NCBI GenBank assembly: GCA_045594705.1
Contig: JAZNZB010000090.1
Location: forward strand, 20,679-84,678
Length of the DNA stretch: 64,000 nt
From: Eubacteriales bacterium
GTDB lineage: Bacteria; Bacillota; Clostridia; Oscillospirales; CAG-272
Direction of reading: 5' to 3'
The translations under genes and the position numbers were made by a program. Shown piece after piece: positions 29,425 through 39,394 of this stretch. The stretch's first letter is position 1. Each line of letters begins with the position of its first letter. Under the pieces are notes generated by a model. It saw only the letters and a program-made list of their open reading frames with translations, was not told the DNA's origin and searched no databases.

Positions 29425-30921
29425 TCAATCTAACAGGTTTCTTTCCTCATAGAATGATACGATCTGCTCAAGCTTTTGGACAGTATTGTTATTTCGCAAG
29501 TATTCATAAGGATATTTATCATTGAAATATCTTTTGATAAAAGGCTTTGAGCCATCTGCGGGCATATAGTCTACTGCTTTTGTTACAGCGCCTGCACCTG
29601 CTGCAAATATCGAGTGCACTTCTTCCATCATATAGATGTTATAAAGCCCTTCGTTCCCGTCCGTAGCAAGTCCAACGTTTTCAAAATTTCCAACAGTATT
29701 TTTTTGCCGATACATATAATAAGGCTTGTATCCTTCGTGCATTGCTTTAATTTGCGAATAATCCACACATTTTCCTGTATCCCCGCCTCGAATATCGTAT
29801 ACCTTCGAGTCTTTTTGCAAGATTTCGGCTGATTTTTTGACACAGAAAGTATGTACGGTAATATTTTCAGGTCGTAACGCAAGAATTTTATCGAATGATG
29901 CAGAAAACGTTGAAAACTTATCTCCGGGCAATCCTGCAATCAAGTCGGTATTGATGACCTTAAAGTCGGCCTCGCGTGCAATCTCAAAGGCACGGTAAAA
30001 ATCGCTGCTGTTATGCGCTCTGCCAATTCCCTGTAAAACCTCATCGCAAAGTATCTGTGGATTGACACTGACACGATTGACACCATATTGCTTTGCAACA
30101 GCGAATTTTTCTGCAGAGATTGTATCAGGCCTACCGGATTCAAGAGTATACTCTTCAAGCTTTGATACATCTGTAGATTCAGCGATTACCGAAAGCAGCA
30201 TACGCAGTTGCTCTGCGGTCAGAATGGTAGGGGTGCCTCCACCTATATACACCGTTTTGACATTCAACCCGAGGCGATTGATACAAGCAAATGTTTCTTT
30301 AACCTCGTCGCATAGTTTTGCCAGATATTCAGGAATCAAAGACAATAGCCTCTTAGAGGTATAGGATACAAACGAGCAATATGCACATCTTGTTGGACAA
30401 AACGGAATTGATATATAAACACTGCAGTCCTTTTTTGCCGGCGTTGCTATAATTTTGGCTTCATTGAGCGCAACGTCGGTAGCAAGAGCGGCCTTTTTAG
30501 GAATGACGAAATATTCACCGGAAAGGATTTTTTTGACACGCGTTTTACTAATGCCTTTTTTGAGCATTTCAGTAGCCACCTTAGAAGGGCGAACGCCTGT
30601 CAGCATGCCCCAAGAAGGACGATAACCACATATCTCGCCACCTACCGCAAGTATTACATCTCCCAAAGCAAGCTTAAGCAGCTTATCACGATCAATGTCT
30701 TCGCGGTAAGCATAATCTCTTTGTGCACTTGCCTGCTTTGTACCCATTGTCAGTGTTGCACTCACATGGTACCCAATGTCGTCAGATGCTGCTTTGAGAT
30801 GCAGAATCGGTGTGTTGGGAGTCACATCTTGCTCCTCAGAGAATTTTTCCCCCGGAAAAAATATCATGCACAAGGTTTGGACGTAATATAGGTTTACTTG
30901 TCCGTCTATGATCAATTTCAT
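29425..30921 (-). CDS. hemZ: Radical SAM coproporphyrinogen-dehydrogenase-like protein (HemZ/HemN family)
   Basis: CPTRCAYCSF CxxxCxxC cluster. Length is about 500 aa. Confidence 0.75.
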   Translation of the reverse strand: MKLIIDGQVNLYYVQTLCMIFFPGEKFSEEQDVTPNTPILHLKAASDDIGYHVSATLTMGTKQASAQRDYAYREDIDRDKLLKLALGDVILAVGGEICGYRPSWGMLTGVRPSKVATEMLKKGISKTRVKKILSGEYFVIPKKAALATDVALNEAKIIATPAKKDCSVYISIPFCPTRCAYCSFVSYTSKRLLSLIPEYLAKLCDEVKETFACINRLGLNVKTVYIGGGTPTILTAEQLRMLLSVIAESTDVSKLEEYTLESGRPDTISAEKFAVAKQYGVNRVSVNPQILCDEVLQGIGRAHNSSDFYRAFEIAREADFKVINTDLIAGLPGDKFSTFSASFDKILALRPENITVHTFCVKKSAEILQKDSKVYDIRGGDTGKCVDYSQIKAMHEGYKPYYMYRQKNTVGNFENVGLATDGNEGLYNIYMMEEVHSIFAAGAGAVTKAVDYMPADGSKPFIKRYFNDKYPYEYLRNNNTVQKLEQIVSFYEERNLLD

Positions 30922-30926
30922 AATAC

Positions 30927-31388
30927 TTACTTTCCTTTATTCTTCAGAACTTCACTGTCCATAACTATTGTAACCGGTCCCCAGTTGGTCAGACTGACGT
31001 CCATATCTGCACCAAAGATACCATGACCCACATGTCGTACTTGCTGAGATACGAGCGAAAGAAAATACTTATAAAGTCGGTTGGCTTCATCCGGAGCTGC
31101 TGAACCAAAGAAATCAGGGCGGTTGCCATGACGATATTCCGCAAGAAGTGTAAACTGAGAAACTACCAAGATTTCTCCGTCGATATCCTTGACAGAAAGG
31201 TTCATCTTGCCGTTTTCGTCGCGGAAGATCCTGTGCTTGACAATTTTTTCAGCCAACAGTCGTGCGTCCTCCTCACTATCTCCCTTGGCAACGCCAAGTA
31301 AAATCAACAAACCCTTGCCACATTCTCCAACAACTTCACCATCGACCTCGACCTTGGCATATTTTACTCTTTGCAATACTGCTTTCAT
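30927..31388 (-). CDS. dtd: D-aminoacyl-tRNA deacylase
   Basis: MKAVLQRV ... LLGV ... SQFTL ... GNRP motifs. It overlaps the relA stop by 4 nt. Confidence 0.92.
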   Translation of the reverse strand: MKAVLQRVKYAKVEVDGEVVGECGKGLLILLGVAKGDSEEDARLLAEKIVKHRIFRDENGKMNLSVKDIDGEILVVSQFTLLAEYRHGNRPDFFGSAAPDEANRLYKYFLSLVSQQVRHVGHGIFGADMDVSLTNWGPVTIVMDSEVLKNKGK

Positions 31389-33613
31389 GATGAATATCCC
31401 CTGACTACATCCACAACGCCATCAAGACTCTTTAGTCTGGACATAATGGACTGATAATGATCTGTGTTTTTACAGCTTACCTTCAAATTGATGATACACA
31501 TACCGTTTGTTCTCTTTTGCGAATTGACTGACAAGATTGCAACTCGCATATCTGCAAGAGCAGTAGCAATATCTGCCAGCATACCAATTCGGTCCTCGGA
31601 ATGCAGCTGGATGAATGCTTCGTATACGCCAACGCTGCCGGAATCATTCTGGGAGGTTTCCCATTCTGCCTTGACCCAGCGGTCCTCGTATTCACTTCTG
31701 CCCATGATGTTGATCACATTCGGGCAATCACTTTTATGAATAGAAATACCGAAGCCCTTGGTAATAAAACCAATGACGCGATCGCCCGGCAGCGGGTTGC
31801 AACACTTTGCAAATTTGACCTGGCAACCGGTTTCACCGTCAACAATAATACCGCTGTTGGAGCGGACATTTCTGACCTTGGAGGGGGCCGAGATCATATC
31901 GCTCTCTGTAATTTGCGGAGCTTGATCGACTTCCACTGTCAGATACTTCGAGGCTTCATCCTTTATCTTATTAGCAATCTTTGAAACTGCAAGACCGCCA
32001 TATCCGATCTCATTGAACAAATCATCTGCACTGGCAAAGCCGATACGCTGTGCAATTGCAGCACAGATCTCATTGCGCACGGTTTCTGAAGGCTTGCCGA
32101 TTGTTTTTTTGATCTCAGCCTCGACCTGTGCTTTGCCTTCAATGATATTCTCAGTTCTCTTTTCGCGCTTGAACCATTGACGGATCTTGGCGCGAGCCTC
32201 ACCCGTTTTTACAATCGAGAGCCAGTCTCGGCTGGGGCCTTTACTTGCGGACGAGGTTAATACCTCAATGATCTCACCGTTTTCAAGTACTCTGTCAATG
32301 GGTACGATGCTTCCGTTGATTTTGGCTCCGATCATTTTATTACCGACCGCGGAGTGAATGGCATACGCAAAGTCAATTGCAGTAGCTCCTTGAGGCAAAG
32401 CAATGACGTCACCCTTGGGGGTAAATACAAATACCTCATCGTGGAAAATATCGGTTTTTAATGCGTGCATGAACTCATCCGGGTCACGCGCTCCGTCCTC
32501 TGTCTCGATCAGACGTGCGATCCATTCCAGCTTCTTGTCCATATCCTCCTTAGAGGTAGCACCGGATTTGTATTTCCAATGCGCAGCAATACCGTATTCC
32601 GCAATATGATGCATTTCCCACGTACGGATCTGCACTTCAAAAGGAATACCCGAGCGCCCAATGACTGTCGTATGCAAGGATCGGTACATATTGGGCTTGG
32701 GAGTTGAGATATAGTCCTTGAATCTTCCGGGCATTGAGTTAAACATCTCATGAATGATACCCAATACTGTATAGCACTCAAGCTCGGTATCCACAATGAT
32801 ACGCATCGCATAGAAGTCATAGATCTCGTCAAAGTTTTTCCCCTGAGAAAACATCTTCTTATAAATGCTGTAGACAGTCTTAATTCGTCCCTCAAGGGTA
32901 TAGGAGATGTGATTTTCCTCAAGCTTTGCACCAACAGTCTGACGAATGCCCTCTATGAAATTCAAACTCTGTCCGTACTTCTGTTCTATGCCGGTACGAA
33001 CCTCTTCATATCCGATGGGGTCCAAATAGCGGACGCCGAGATTTTCAAGCTCTTGCTTGATTTTTTGCATACCGAGACGGTGTGCAAGCGGCGCATAAAC
33101 CTGCATGGTTTCAAGTGCGGTAATTCTACGCTTATTGTCCGGCTTTGCATCCAAGGTTCTCATGTTATGCAGTCTGTCACATAACTTGATAAAGATGACT
33201 CGTACGTCCTTGGACATCGCAAGTAACATTTTTCTCAGGTTTTCAATATGCGCTTCTTCTTTATCCTCAACCTGCAGCGTTACGATCTTGGTCAAACCGT
33301 CAACAAGAATTGCAACGTCCTTGCCAAAAAGCTTTTCAATTTCCCTGAGATTTGTCTTGTCTGCACAATCTTCAACTGTGTCATGCAACAAGGCTGCACA
33401 AATTGAGTCTGTATCAAGCTCCAGACCGGCAACGATTTCTGCAACAGCAACAGGGTGAGAAATATATTTTTCACCGCTGGCGCGATATTGTCCATCGTGC
33501 AAATTATCAGCATATTGAAAAGCATGCGTGATTTTTTCTATGTCATATTTTTTACCGGTTGCTTTGAGAATATCAAGCAGCCTGGTGATGTCTGTATGAA
33601 CAGTATTTTGCAT
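31385..33613 (-). CDS. relA: Bifunctional (p)ppGpp synthetase/hydrolase RelA/SpoT
   Basis: 742 aa with an HD domain (HPVAVA, HDTVED), a synthetase core, and TGS and ACT-like C-terminal parts. Confidence 0.93.
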   Translation of the reverse strand: MQNTVHTDITRLLDILKATGKKYDIEKITHAFQYADNLHDGQYRASGEKYISHPVAVAEIVAGLELDTDSICAALLHDTVEDCADKTNLREIEKLFGKDVAILVDGLTKIVTLQVEDKEEAHIENLRKMLLAMSKDVRVIFIKLCDRLHNMRTLDAKPDNKRRITALETMQVYAPLAHRLGMQKIKQELENLGVRYLDPIGYEEVRTGIEQKYGQSLNFIEGIRQTVGAKLEENHISYTLEGRIKTVYSIYKKMFSQGKNFDEIYDFYAMRIIVDTELECYTVLGIIHEMFNSMPGRFKDYISTPKPNMYRSLHTTVIGRSGIPFEVQIRTWEMHHIAEYGIAAHWKYKSGATSKEDMDKKLEWIARLIETEDGARDPDEFMHALKTDIFHDEVFVFTPKGDVIALPQGATAIDFAYAIHSAVGNKMIGAKINGSIVPIDRVLENGEIIEVLTSSASKGPSRDWLSIVKTGEARAKIRQWFKREKRTENIIEGKAQVEAEIKKTIGKPSETVRNEICAAIAQRIGFASADDLFNEIGYGGLAVSKIANKIKDEASKYLTVEVDQAPQITESDMISAPSKVRNVRSNSGIIVDGETGCQVKFAKCCNPLPGDRVIGFITKGFGISIHKSDCPNVINIMGRSEYEDRWVKAEWETSQNDSGSVGVYEAFIQLHSEDRIGMLADIATALADMRVAILSVNSQKRTNGMCIINLKVSCKNTDHYQSIMSRLKSLDGVVDVVRGYSS

Positions 33614-33647
33614 TGTTGTTCCTCTGAATTCTTTTGTGTAAAAGATA

Positions 33648-35837
33648 TTACTTACATTGTGTACGTAACTTCTTTAATATCTCTGAATTCTCAATATTCG
33701 TTTTGGCGGCATTACAGTATACATCGAAAATATAAAGATTGTCACCGGGTTCTTTGACTCCGCACAGAGAGAGCTCCTTGAGAATCATAATAATAAACTT
33801 CAATTTGACGTAATTGATTTGCAGTGCGGATGTCAGATTCAGTGTAGACAGCAGAGTTTTATGTGAAAAAGTGTTATGCCCGATTCGGCACTCTCTGCGC
33901 AATAGCTTGTAAACCTCGGCAATGTCCTCTCTGTTAGGGACAATGTTTTCTGAACAAGAGAATTCCGCGCCATCCAAGATCTGCTGATATCTTTCCTTTT
34001 CCAGTTTGCATTTCTCTGCGTATTCGTCTGATATGCGCATATCCTTAACGATCATCTGCAGGCTCTTGACGTTCTGATACTCGTTGATGCTGAGTTGGAA
34101 CATAACATCCACACAATCGGAAACACTGAACGGGAACGTGGAGGCAGGTACTCCAAACCATACGGCCTGCATTTGTAAGCCATCCTTGGCTAAAATCACT
34201 TTACAGTGCTTGCCTGCTCCCAGCGGAATGACCTTATAGACCGTCAGATTTCTGGTTACAAGCTCAGGCGTTGGGTTTGCAACACCAAAGGGCTCCAATT
34301 TAGTTAATTCGACCGCTAAGGGCATACTCAGGCTATGAATATCTACCTCACAATCTGCTTCATAGCGGATGTCCAGCGCATCACTGTCGAGATTCTCTCT
34401 TGCGTATTTATTGATTCTCTTTCGGAATTCATCAATATTGCATCTCGCAATCGAAAGCCCTGCAGCCAGCTCATGTCCGCCGTAGCGTGTCAGCAGATCA
34501 CTGCAATGCGTAAGTGCATCAACAAGATTCATGCCTTTGATGCTTCTGCCCGATCCCTTGCCAATGTCATCTAAGCTTGCATAGCCTCGTGTAGCTCCGT
34601 CAAAAGAAATCAGCACGGACGGCAAGCCATATTTCTCTGTGATTCTGGACGATACGATACCGATGATTCCCTGTTGCCATGAATCATCCTCCAACACAAT
34701 GACTCTGTCATTAATAAAATCATGCTGCTGTTCGATAGTTCTGTAAGCCTGTTCGGCAATACGGTTTTCTTCTATCTGTCTTTGGGTGTTGATTTTGCAA
34801 AGCTCCTCTGCCCGCTCTTTTGCTATATCGGGGTCATTCTCAAGCAAAAGCTCAACCGCCTTAGTAGCGCTACTGATTCTTCCGGCTGCATTGATTCGTG
34901 GAGCAATGCCAAAGCCGATGAACCCGGAGGTGATCTTTTTCCTTTTTGGAGGTTGATCCTGTCTCGTATTTGGATTATAGGATGATGCATCGATCAGTGC
35001 ATTTAATCCGCATCTCTGTGTATTTTCAACAGCCTCAAGACCTACTGAAACAATGAATCTGTTCTCGTCTATGATGGGCATAACGTCCGCAATCGTACCA
35101 ATAGCTGTCAGATCTACATAATCTCTGCATACGCTTTCGATCGCTTCCTCTGCAGTGCCACCGCGCTTTTTGTATTCATTGATTTCATATGCACATATCA
35201 ATTTGAATACCACACCAACCCCTGCAAGCTCCTTGAAAGGGTAAGGGCAATCGGGTCTGTGGGGATTGACTACGGCGCACGCAGGAGGCAATTCCGCTCT
35301 GCATTCGTGGTGGTCGGTAATCACCATGTCTATTCCGATAGAATCCGCGTATTTGACCTCTTCATCAGCAGTAATTCCCGTATCCACAGTAATGATCAAA
35401 CTGACACCGTGATCGGCCAACACATCTATTGCCGCCTGACAAAGTCCATACCCTTCTTTATCACGGCTGGGGATATAGTAAACGACGTCAGCTCCCTTGC
35501 TTTGCAAATAAAGGTAGATTGATGTCACGGAGGTGACCCCGTCAACGTCGTAGTCTCCATAAATGGCAATGCTTTCCTCGTTTTCGATAGCTTTCTCAAT
35601 GCGCTCAACCGCCTTTCCCATATCCTTCATCAAAAAAGGATCGTGCAAGGCAGAAATATCTATGGACATAAAGGCTTTCGCTTTTTGCGGTGTATCATAA
35701 CCTCTGTTATAAAGTAATCTCGCTGTAATCAGAGAGACGCCTGTCTCTTGTGATATCCGTGCGATCTTATGATCGGATTCTTCCCCGCCCGGCGTATAAA
35801 GAAGCGACCATACACGTTCTCTTTGCAATTCTCTCAT
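33648..35837 (-). CDS. recJ: Single-stranded-DNA-specific exonuclease RecJ
   Basis: DHH motifs (GDYDVDGVTS, ITVDTG, VITDHHE) and DHHA1 (GGHELAAG). Confidence 0.9.
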   Translation of the reverse strand: MRELQRERVWSLLYTPGGEESDHKIARISQETGVSLITARLLYNRGYDTPQKAKAFMSIDISALHDPFLMKDMGKAVERIEKAIENEESIAIYGDYDVDGVTSVTSIYLYLQSKGADVVYYIPSRDKEGYGLCQAAIDVLADHGVSLIITVDTGITADEEVKYADSIGIDMVITDHHECRAELPPACAVVNPHRPDCPYPFKELAGVGVVFKLICAYEINEYKKRGGTAEEAIESVCRDYVDLTAIGTIADVMPIIDENRFIVSVGLEAVENTQRCGLNALIDASSYNPNTRQDQPPKRKKITSGFIGFGIAPRINAAGRISSATKAVELLLENDPDIAKERAEELCKINTQRQIEENRIAEQAYRTIEQQHDFINDRVIVLEDDSWQQGIIGIVSSRITEKYGLPSVLISFDGATRGYASLDDIGKGSGRSIKGMNLVDALTHCSDLLTRYGGHELAAGLSIARCNIDEFRKRINKYARENLDSDALDIRYEADCEVDIHSLSMPLAVELTKLEPFGVANPTPELVTRNLTVYKVIPLGAGKHCKVILAKDGLQMQAVWFGVPASTFPFSVSDCVDVMFQLSINEYQNVKSLQMIVKDMRISDEYAEKCKLEKERYQQILDGAEFSCSENIVPNREDIAEVYKLLRRECRIGHNTFSHKTLLSTLNLTSALQINYVKLKFIIMILKELSLCGVKEPGDNLYIFDVYCNAAKTNIENSEILKKLRTQCK

Positions 35838-35929
35838 GTTATTTTTCCTTCATCTCGTTCGTAGTCTGATTCCTTTCGGTCACATCGGCACCAAAAGATC
35901 ATCGTAATGCATCTAAATCATTTTTTGAT

Positions 35930-37576
35930 TCAATCATGGTATGGAGCGTAACGCTTCATGACTGCAAGCGCTGTTTTAACACCGTCAACTGCGGCACTGG
36001 TTATGCCTCCTGCATACCCCGCTCCTTCTCCGCAAGGATATATATATGGAAATCCAATAGCTGTGCCCTGCTCATTTCTCGTAATCCGCACAGGTGCACT
36101 TGTTCTGGTTTCTGCTCCGGTCAAAACTGCATCGGAAGCAGCAAAACCGGGGATTTTCTGATCAAAGGATGACAATCCGTATCGCAACGTTTGGTTAACG
36201 ATATTTGGGAATAATACAGATAGATCCGTCACCTTGACAAACCCGTTCATATAAGTCGGTAAGACACGCGAGGGCTCATGCTTGGTTTTTCCCGACATGA
36301 AATCTCCCACTGTTTGGATCGGTGCAGCATAATTCTCTCCACCGGCAAGGAAGGCTTTTTCCTCAATCGTTCGCTGTAGTTCGATCATCCCTTCGACAAG
36401 ACTGCCATTGATCGGGGCAATATCATCGCAGCCGAGAGAAACAACCACAGCTGCATTTGAATTACGACCGTCTCTTGCGCGATTGCTCATACCATTGACC
36501 ACGACGCGCCCCTGTTCAGATGTAGCTGCCATGACCTCGCCACCCGGACACATGCAAAACGTATACACACCGCGTCCCGTTCCGGTATCCGATAACGCAT
36601 ACTCGGCATGACCAAGCGCGGGGTGGCCGGCAAAACTCCCGTATAGTGCTGTATCAATTTCCGTTGTCAGATGCTCAATTCTGACGCCCACGGAAATTGG
36701 CTTGGCAATCAGGTTCATTTGCTTCTCCAAAAGCATTTTATAGGTGTCACGTGCACTGTGGCCTATGGCCAAAACAATACTGCTGCATCGAATATTCCCC
36801 TTTGTTGTGTAAGCGATGACAGAACCGTCAGCACATTGATCAAACCCTTCCAATCGGCAACGGTAGATCACTGTGCCGCCAAGACTGCGAATTTGCGCAA
36901 GGATACTGTCAACAACACCGCGCAACAGATCAGTTCCGATATGGGGCTTTGAGAGCAGCAGAATATCCGTCGGAGCACCGTGTTCAACCATGGTTTCAAG
37001 TACGAATGAACACTTTGGATCGTGGATTCGTGTCATTAGCTTTCCGTCCGAAAATGTTCCTGCGCCACCTGCTCCGAACTGAATATTCGAATTGGTATCA
37101 AGTATTTTTGACTCATAGAAATGCATAACCGACCGCGCGCGGTCGGTAATAGAATCGCCTCTGTCAATAATGATCGGCCGATAACCGTTTCTTGCAAGCA
37201 TCAATGCAGCAAACAAGCCCGCAGGTCCCATTCCCACTATTAGCGGCGGGGCCAAAAGAGGTTCACGGCCATATTCCGGAAGAATCTCTTCGCTTCGCAG
37301 AATTCGTATCTTTTCTTTTTGCAAGACCGCTTCGTTTTTAGGATAAGCACCATCTTGCTTGGATGCCAGTACCGAGAATACGAATTTGATGTTATCACGG
37401 TCTCTTGCATCGACTGATTTTTTGAATAGTGAAAGCCGATAGCTTGCCGGATTCTGACCAATTCGTTTTATTCTTTTGGCAGCTCTTGCAAAAATCTCTT
37501 GCTCATCTGCGTCCACAGGGACGGCGATTGATTCAATCACCATCCCTGTCGTACGCTTGATTTCATTACTTATCAT
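35930..37576 (-). CDS. FAD-dependent oxidoreductase (COG2509-like)
   Basis: GMGPAGLFAALMLARNG dinucleotide-binding motif. The start could be 37576 or the internal ATG at 37543. Confidence 0.75.
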   Translation of the reverse strand: MISNEIKRTTGMVIESIAVPVDADEQEIFARAAKRIKRIGQNPASYRLSLFKKSVDARDRDNIKFVFSVLASKQDGAYPKNEAVLQKEKIRILRSEEILPEYGREPLLAPPLIVGMGPAGLFAALMLARNGYRPIIIDRGDSITDRARSVMHFYESKILDTNSNIQFGAGGAGTFSDGKLMTRIHDPKCSFVLETMVEHGAPTDILLLSKPHIGTDLLRGVVDSILAQIRSLGGTVIYRCRLEGFDQCADGSVIAYTTKGNIRCSSIVLAIGHSARDTYKMLLEKQMNLIAKPISVGVRIEHLTTEIDTALYGSFAGHPALGHAEYALSDTGTGRGVYTFCMCPGGEVMAATSEQGRVVVNGMSNRARDGRNSNAAVVVSLGCDDIAPINGSLVEGMIELQRTIEEKAFLAGGENYAAPIQTVGDFMSGKTKHEPSRVLPTYMNGFVKVTDLSVLFPNIVNQTLRYGLSSFDQKIPGFAASDAVLTGAETRTSAPVRITRNEQGTAIGFPYIYPCGEGAGYAGGITSAAVDGVKTALAVMKRYAPYHD

Positions 37577-38324
37577 GATCAGCTCGAGTCACAGTTACGG
37601 ATATTTCAATTCCGGAAATATCGTATTTCAAAGCTTCGTTTTTATTTGTTTCATGAAACAGAAGTGTTTGGTCTTCAGCATAAAAGCTTGCGGCAGTTAC
37701 AGGGATTTTGTGAGTGCCCTCTTTGTCCTTGACACTCGAATAGTCAACCTCAAAAGAAACCGAGTTGATCTTGATCACTTCCTGCTCTGCACCAACAATC
37801 GTAAAGGTTCCGTTCATGGTGTTAGGATCTACGGTATAGGTAAAGTTTTCACGGTCCAGATCCGACGATACGTCAAGCACCGAATACTGGATCTGCTTGG
37901 AAACGTTAACGGTTACAACTGCAGGTGTAACATCATAGTTCTTAAGCTCGACCCGGTTGCCGCTTTCATCAAAGTAGTAAGCTTTAATAGATGCAACTCC
38001 ATTTGTCGCAGAAGAAACGTCAGCAATCAGTCGAATGCTTTGTGCATCGTATTTCACAAGCTCACGATTGATGCCGCTGATCGAAATATTTGCGGCCTGT
38101 ACGCTAAGTGAGTGGATTTCCAATCCAACCTCATTTTCAAAAGACTCTGCACCGACGATTTCGACCGGCAATTGATTATAAGTCTTCACATTAATGTCGT
38201 CGTCAATCGCCTGTGCATATAGCCAGATACCGCATGCGATAAAGAAACATGTAATCAATGCTCCAATGCGGATGCCCTTCTTTTCATGAAAGTTGGTGGT
38301 GTTAGATTTGATGCTATTCATCAT
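37566..38324 (-). CDS. cdaR: YbbR-domain protein CdaR, regulator of diadenylate cyclase
   Basis: N-terminal membrane anchor then beta-rich repeats. It lies immediately downstream of cdaA and overlaps it. Confidence 0.75.
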   Translation of the reverse strand: MMNSIKSNTTNFHEKKGIRIGALITCFFIACGIWLYAQAIDDDINVKTYNQLPVEIVGAESFENEVGLEIHSLSVQAANISISGINRELVKYDAQSIRLIADVSSATNGVASIKAYYFDESGNRVELKNYDVTPAVVTVNVSKQIQYSVLDVSSDLDRENFTYTVDPNTMNGTFTIVGAEQEVIKINSVSFEVDYSSVKDKEGTHKIPVTAASFYAEDQTLLFHETNKNEALKYDISGIEISVTVTRADHDK

Positions 38325-39241
38325 TCACCCTCCTCACCATCATTGTCTCGTTTTTGCTCGGTTACGTATTTTTGATTCTCCTTCTGCTCGGATCGGATCG
38401 GACGTTTGGTTTTATTGCCCATGAATTTTTCAATCGCATCGTGCAGATTCTTATAATCATAATCTCTATGGAGATATCCACCGTATGCAATCGAAATGAT
38501 GCCGTTTTCCTCTGAAACGATTACGACCATGGCATCACTGACTTCAGTGATACCTACACCTGCGCGATGACGTGTCCCAAGATCTCTCACAACCTCTTCG
38601 TTGTCAGATAAAGGAAGCTTGCATGCGGCTGCCCCGACTCTGTCACCCTCTATGATGACTGCACCGTCGTGCAGCGGTGAGCGATTGACAAAAATGTTCC
38701 TCAAAAGCTTAGCAGATACCATTGCATCCAAGCGCTCGCCCTTGTCCATATAATCCTGCAGCTTGGTGGTTTTTTGCAGGACGATCAATGCACCGTAGCC
38801 TTCTGACGAAAGCGAGCAGGCGGCAGAAGCAATTTCGGAGGCCAGATGATCAATTTCTGCAGAGGTACCAACCCGTTCACCGCCGAATCTTCCGATTCTC
38901 AAAGACGTGTTTCCAACACGCTCCAAAGCATCACGCAATTCAGGCTGGAATATGACTACGACAGCGATCAGACCCACAGTAAGAAAATTATCCATAATCA
39001 GTCCGACGGCCTTCATTTCGAGGATGCTGCAAATGATGAAAACGCTGAAAAGAGCCGCAATACCCAATAAAAGCTTGCCGGCTCTGCGCCTTCTGACAAA
39101 TATATACAAGTAATAAAGCAAACCCGTCAACAAAAGAATGTCGAGCAGATCAGTAAGAAGATTCATATTCTGGATAGGAAACAGAATATAGTCCGCTGCA
39201 AATGTCCGGATCAAATTCACAAGTTCCTGCCAATTAATCAT
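38321..39241 (-). CDS. cdaA: Diadenylate cyclase CdaA
   Basis: Three N-terminal transmembrane helices and a DAC domain with DGAVII and GTRHRAG motifs. Confidence 0.92.
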   Translation of the reverse strand: MINWQELVNLIRTFAADYILFPIQNMNLLTDLLDILLLTGLLYYLYIFVRRRRAGKLLLGIAALFSVFIICSILEMKAVGLIMDNFLTVGLIAVVVIFQPELRDALERVGNTSLRIGRFGGERVGTSAEIDHLASEIASAACSLSSEGYGALIVLQKTTKLQDYMDKGERLDAMVSAKLLRNIFVNRSPLHDGAVIIEGDRVGAAACKLPLSDNEEVVRDLGTRHRAGVGITEVSDAMVVIVSEENGIISIAYGGYLHRDYDYKNLHDAIEKFMGNKTKRPIRSEQKENQKYVTEQKRDNDGEEGE

Positions 39242-39276
39242 TCATACCACCGCCTTTCAATAAAATACCATTAAAC

Positions 39277-39305
39277 ATTATATCACAACATTTTCATTTT
39301 TTCAA
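39277..39305 (-). promoter_or_regulatory. SigA-type promoter of cdaA
   Basis: Minus strand reads TTGAAA (39305-39300), 17 nt, TGa-TATAAT (39282-39277). Confidence 0.65.
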
Positions 39306-39350
39306 CGGTTTCTTATATATTTTATAAAAAGTTTATAATTATAATTAGAA

Positions 39351-39387
39351 AAGAACCGCCACAGGCAGAAAAGCCCATGGCGGTTTG
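39351..39387 (-). terminator. Rho-independent terminator after the 783-aa lipoprotein gene
   Basis: aaccgcca / tggcggtt stem with extensions, followed on the minus strand by cttttct. Confidence 0.65.
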
Positions 39388-39394
39388 CTGATTA

